This document shows, piece after piece, positions 62,642 through 64,000 of a stretch of 64,000 nt of DNA. Numbering within the stretch: position 1 is the first letter of the stretch; every line of letters starts with the position of its first letter. The stretch comes from Podarcis gaigeae. Its lineage: Eukaryota. The stretch lies in assembly GCA_964106915.2 (NCBI GenBank), contig OZ066923.1, one strand, 5' to 3'. The notes beneath the pieces are model-generated. The model had not been told where the DNA came from and did no database searches. It was given only the letters and a program-made list of their open reading frames with translations. A program made the translations under genes and the position numbers.

Positions 62642-63594
62642 TGGAGTTCTGTTTTTGCCAACCTGATTTCTCATACAAAATTTAAAACACATTTAACTGA
62701 AACGCTTCTTTGATGTGTCTGGATCCAGCCTGGGACTTTGCTGCAACAAACTACTGAAAAAAAACAAAACTAGAGTTTCAGGGTTTGTCATTCTGGTGCT
62801 GTTGGAGGGCAAGCAAAATGAAAGAACTCTTGTCACTGTAGTGCTGGAATTCACTGGTTATTTAGTGTAGTGTAATCAGTCTGTAGTGTAAATTAAAAGA
62901 TTTTCCTGTCTTCACCTGCTTGTGTTGGTTGTCCATGGCCCCCAGGAACACCTTAGCCAGCTGTGAATATAAATAGTCTGACTTTGCCTCCCAGCTCCCC
63001 TCAGAGAAGTTCTTACCCTTAGGAAGGGCACACCTCCATTTTGTAATCTTAACAAAATGGAGCTGTGCCTTTCCTGAGGGCAGGAAGCCTTTGTTAATAG
63101 TATCCTTGGTATGTAAGGGAAATGCATGGGGAAGCAGTAAAACCAGCTCTCCTACTTCATTGGTTTCCAAACTCTGTTGTTTGAGCCCAGGCATTCCTCA
63201 ATCATGGCGGACATCCTTTCTGGAGGGACAGCTTGTTCGCCACTACCTGTCTCACCCTGCAGTGCATAGCCCAAGGGGCTTATCATCTCTGGGTGTGATC
63301 CTTGCTCATGCAAGGCAACAGGAGAGCCTAATAAGCCTGGCCAGAGCGCCATGTTAATTGTGTGTGCCCTAGAATATGCCTCCCCCCCAATACTCTGACA
63401 CATATGCAAGTGTTCTTTGGAACACAAACTAAGAGAATCCCTGAAAAAAGAAAGTTTGGACACTATGGATCTATTGCAGAATAAACTGCACAGAAAAAGG
63501 AAAATGAGATGTGAACCCTGATATCCCCACCTGTGCCCACAGCTAAGGTCTGATACCCCAGTTGCTTTAGAATAGCTTCCCCATTTCAGATGTC

Positions 63595-63950
63595 AAAAGG
63601 TAAAGGTACCCCTGCCCGTACGGGCCAGTCTTGCCAGACTCTAGGGTTGTGCGCTCATCTCACTCTATAGGCTGGGAGCCAGCGCTGTCCGCAGACACTT
63701 CCGGGTCATGTGGCCAGCGTGACAAGCTGCATCTGGCGAGCCAGCGCAGCACACGGAACGCCGTTTACCTTCCCGCTGGTAAGCGGTCCCTATTTATCTA
63801 CTTGCACCCGGGGGTGCTTTCGAACTGCTAGGTTGGCAGGCGCTGGGACCGAACGACGGGAGCTCACCCCGCCGCGGGGATTCGAACCGCCGACCATGCG
63901 ATCGGCAAGTCCTAGGCGCTGAGGTTTTACCCACAGTGCCACCCGCGTCC
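63595..63950 (-). mobile_element. Sauria SINE, full length
   Basis: Head and tail intact; TSD CATTTCAGATGT. Confidence 0.92.
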
Positions 63951-64000
63951 AACATTTCAGATGTTGGGGACCTGCATATCTGATTTGGGGCTAATCTATG

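Overview
Vertebrate genomic DNA, most likely from a lacertid lizard (Sauria SINEs, Bov-B LINE fragments, many Tc1/mariner and hAT MITEs). Three genes: the last coding exon of TMEM263 (+), the single coding exon of MTERF2 (-) with its CpG-island promoter, and a complete CRY1 (cryptochrome 1) gene (+). CRY1 has 13 coding exons with GT-AG junctions (1866 nt, 621 aa) plus a probable non-coding last exon. Its known circadian elements are recognisable: a promoter E'/E-box pair, a D-box and the intron-1 RRE pair. Highlights: (1) a 101-bp-arm palindromic Penelope-like insertion in the CRY1 promoter island carrying back-to-back minimal hammerhead ribozymes, with a third, sense-strand hammerhead in intron 1; (2) CRY1 lies head-to-head with MTERF2, the opposite of the human/mouse arrangement; (3) the second intronic RRE has a degenerate core and overlaps a palindromic RFX X-box; (4) a modular CRY1 tail with an extra exon and a possible CRY1b-like read-through isoform. 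From 45 kb to 64 kb the window is repeat-rich intergenic DNA. Comparisons to other species are from memory and need alignment to confirm.
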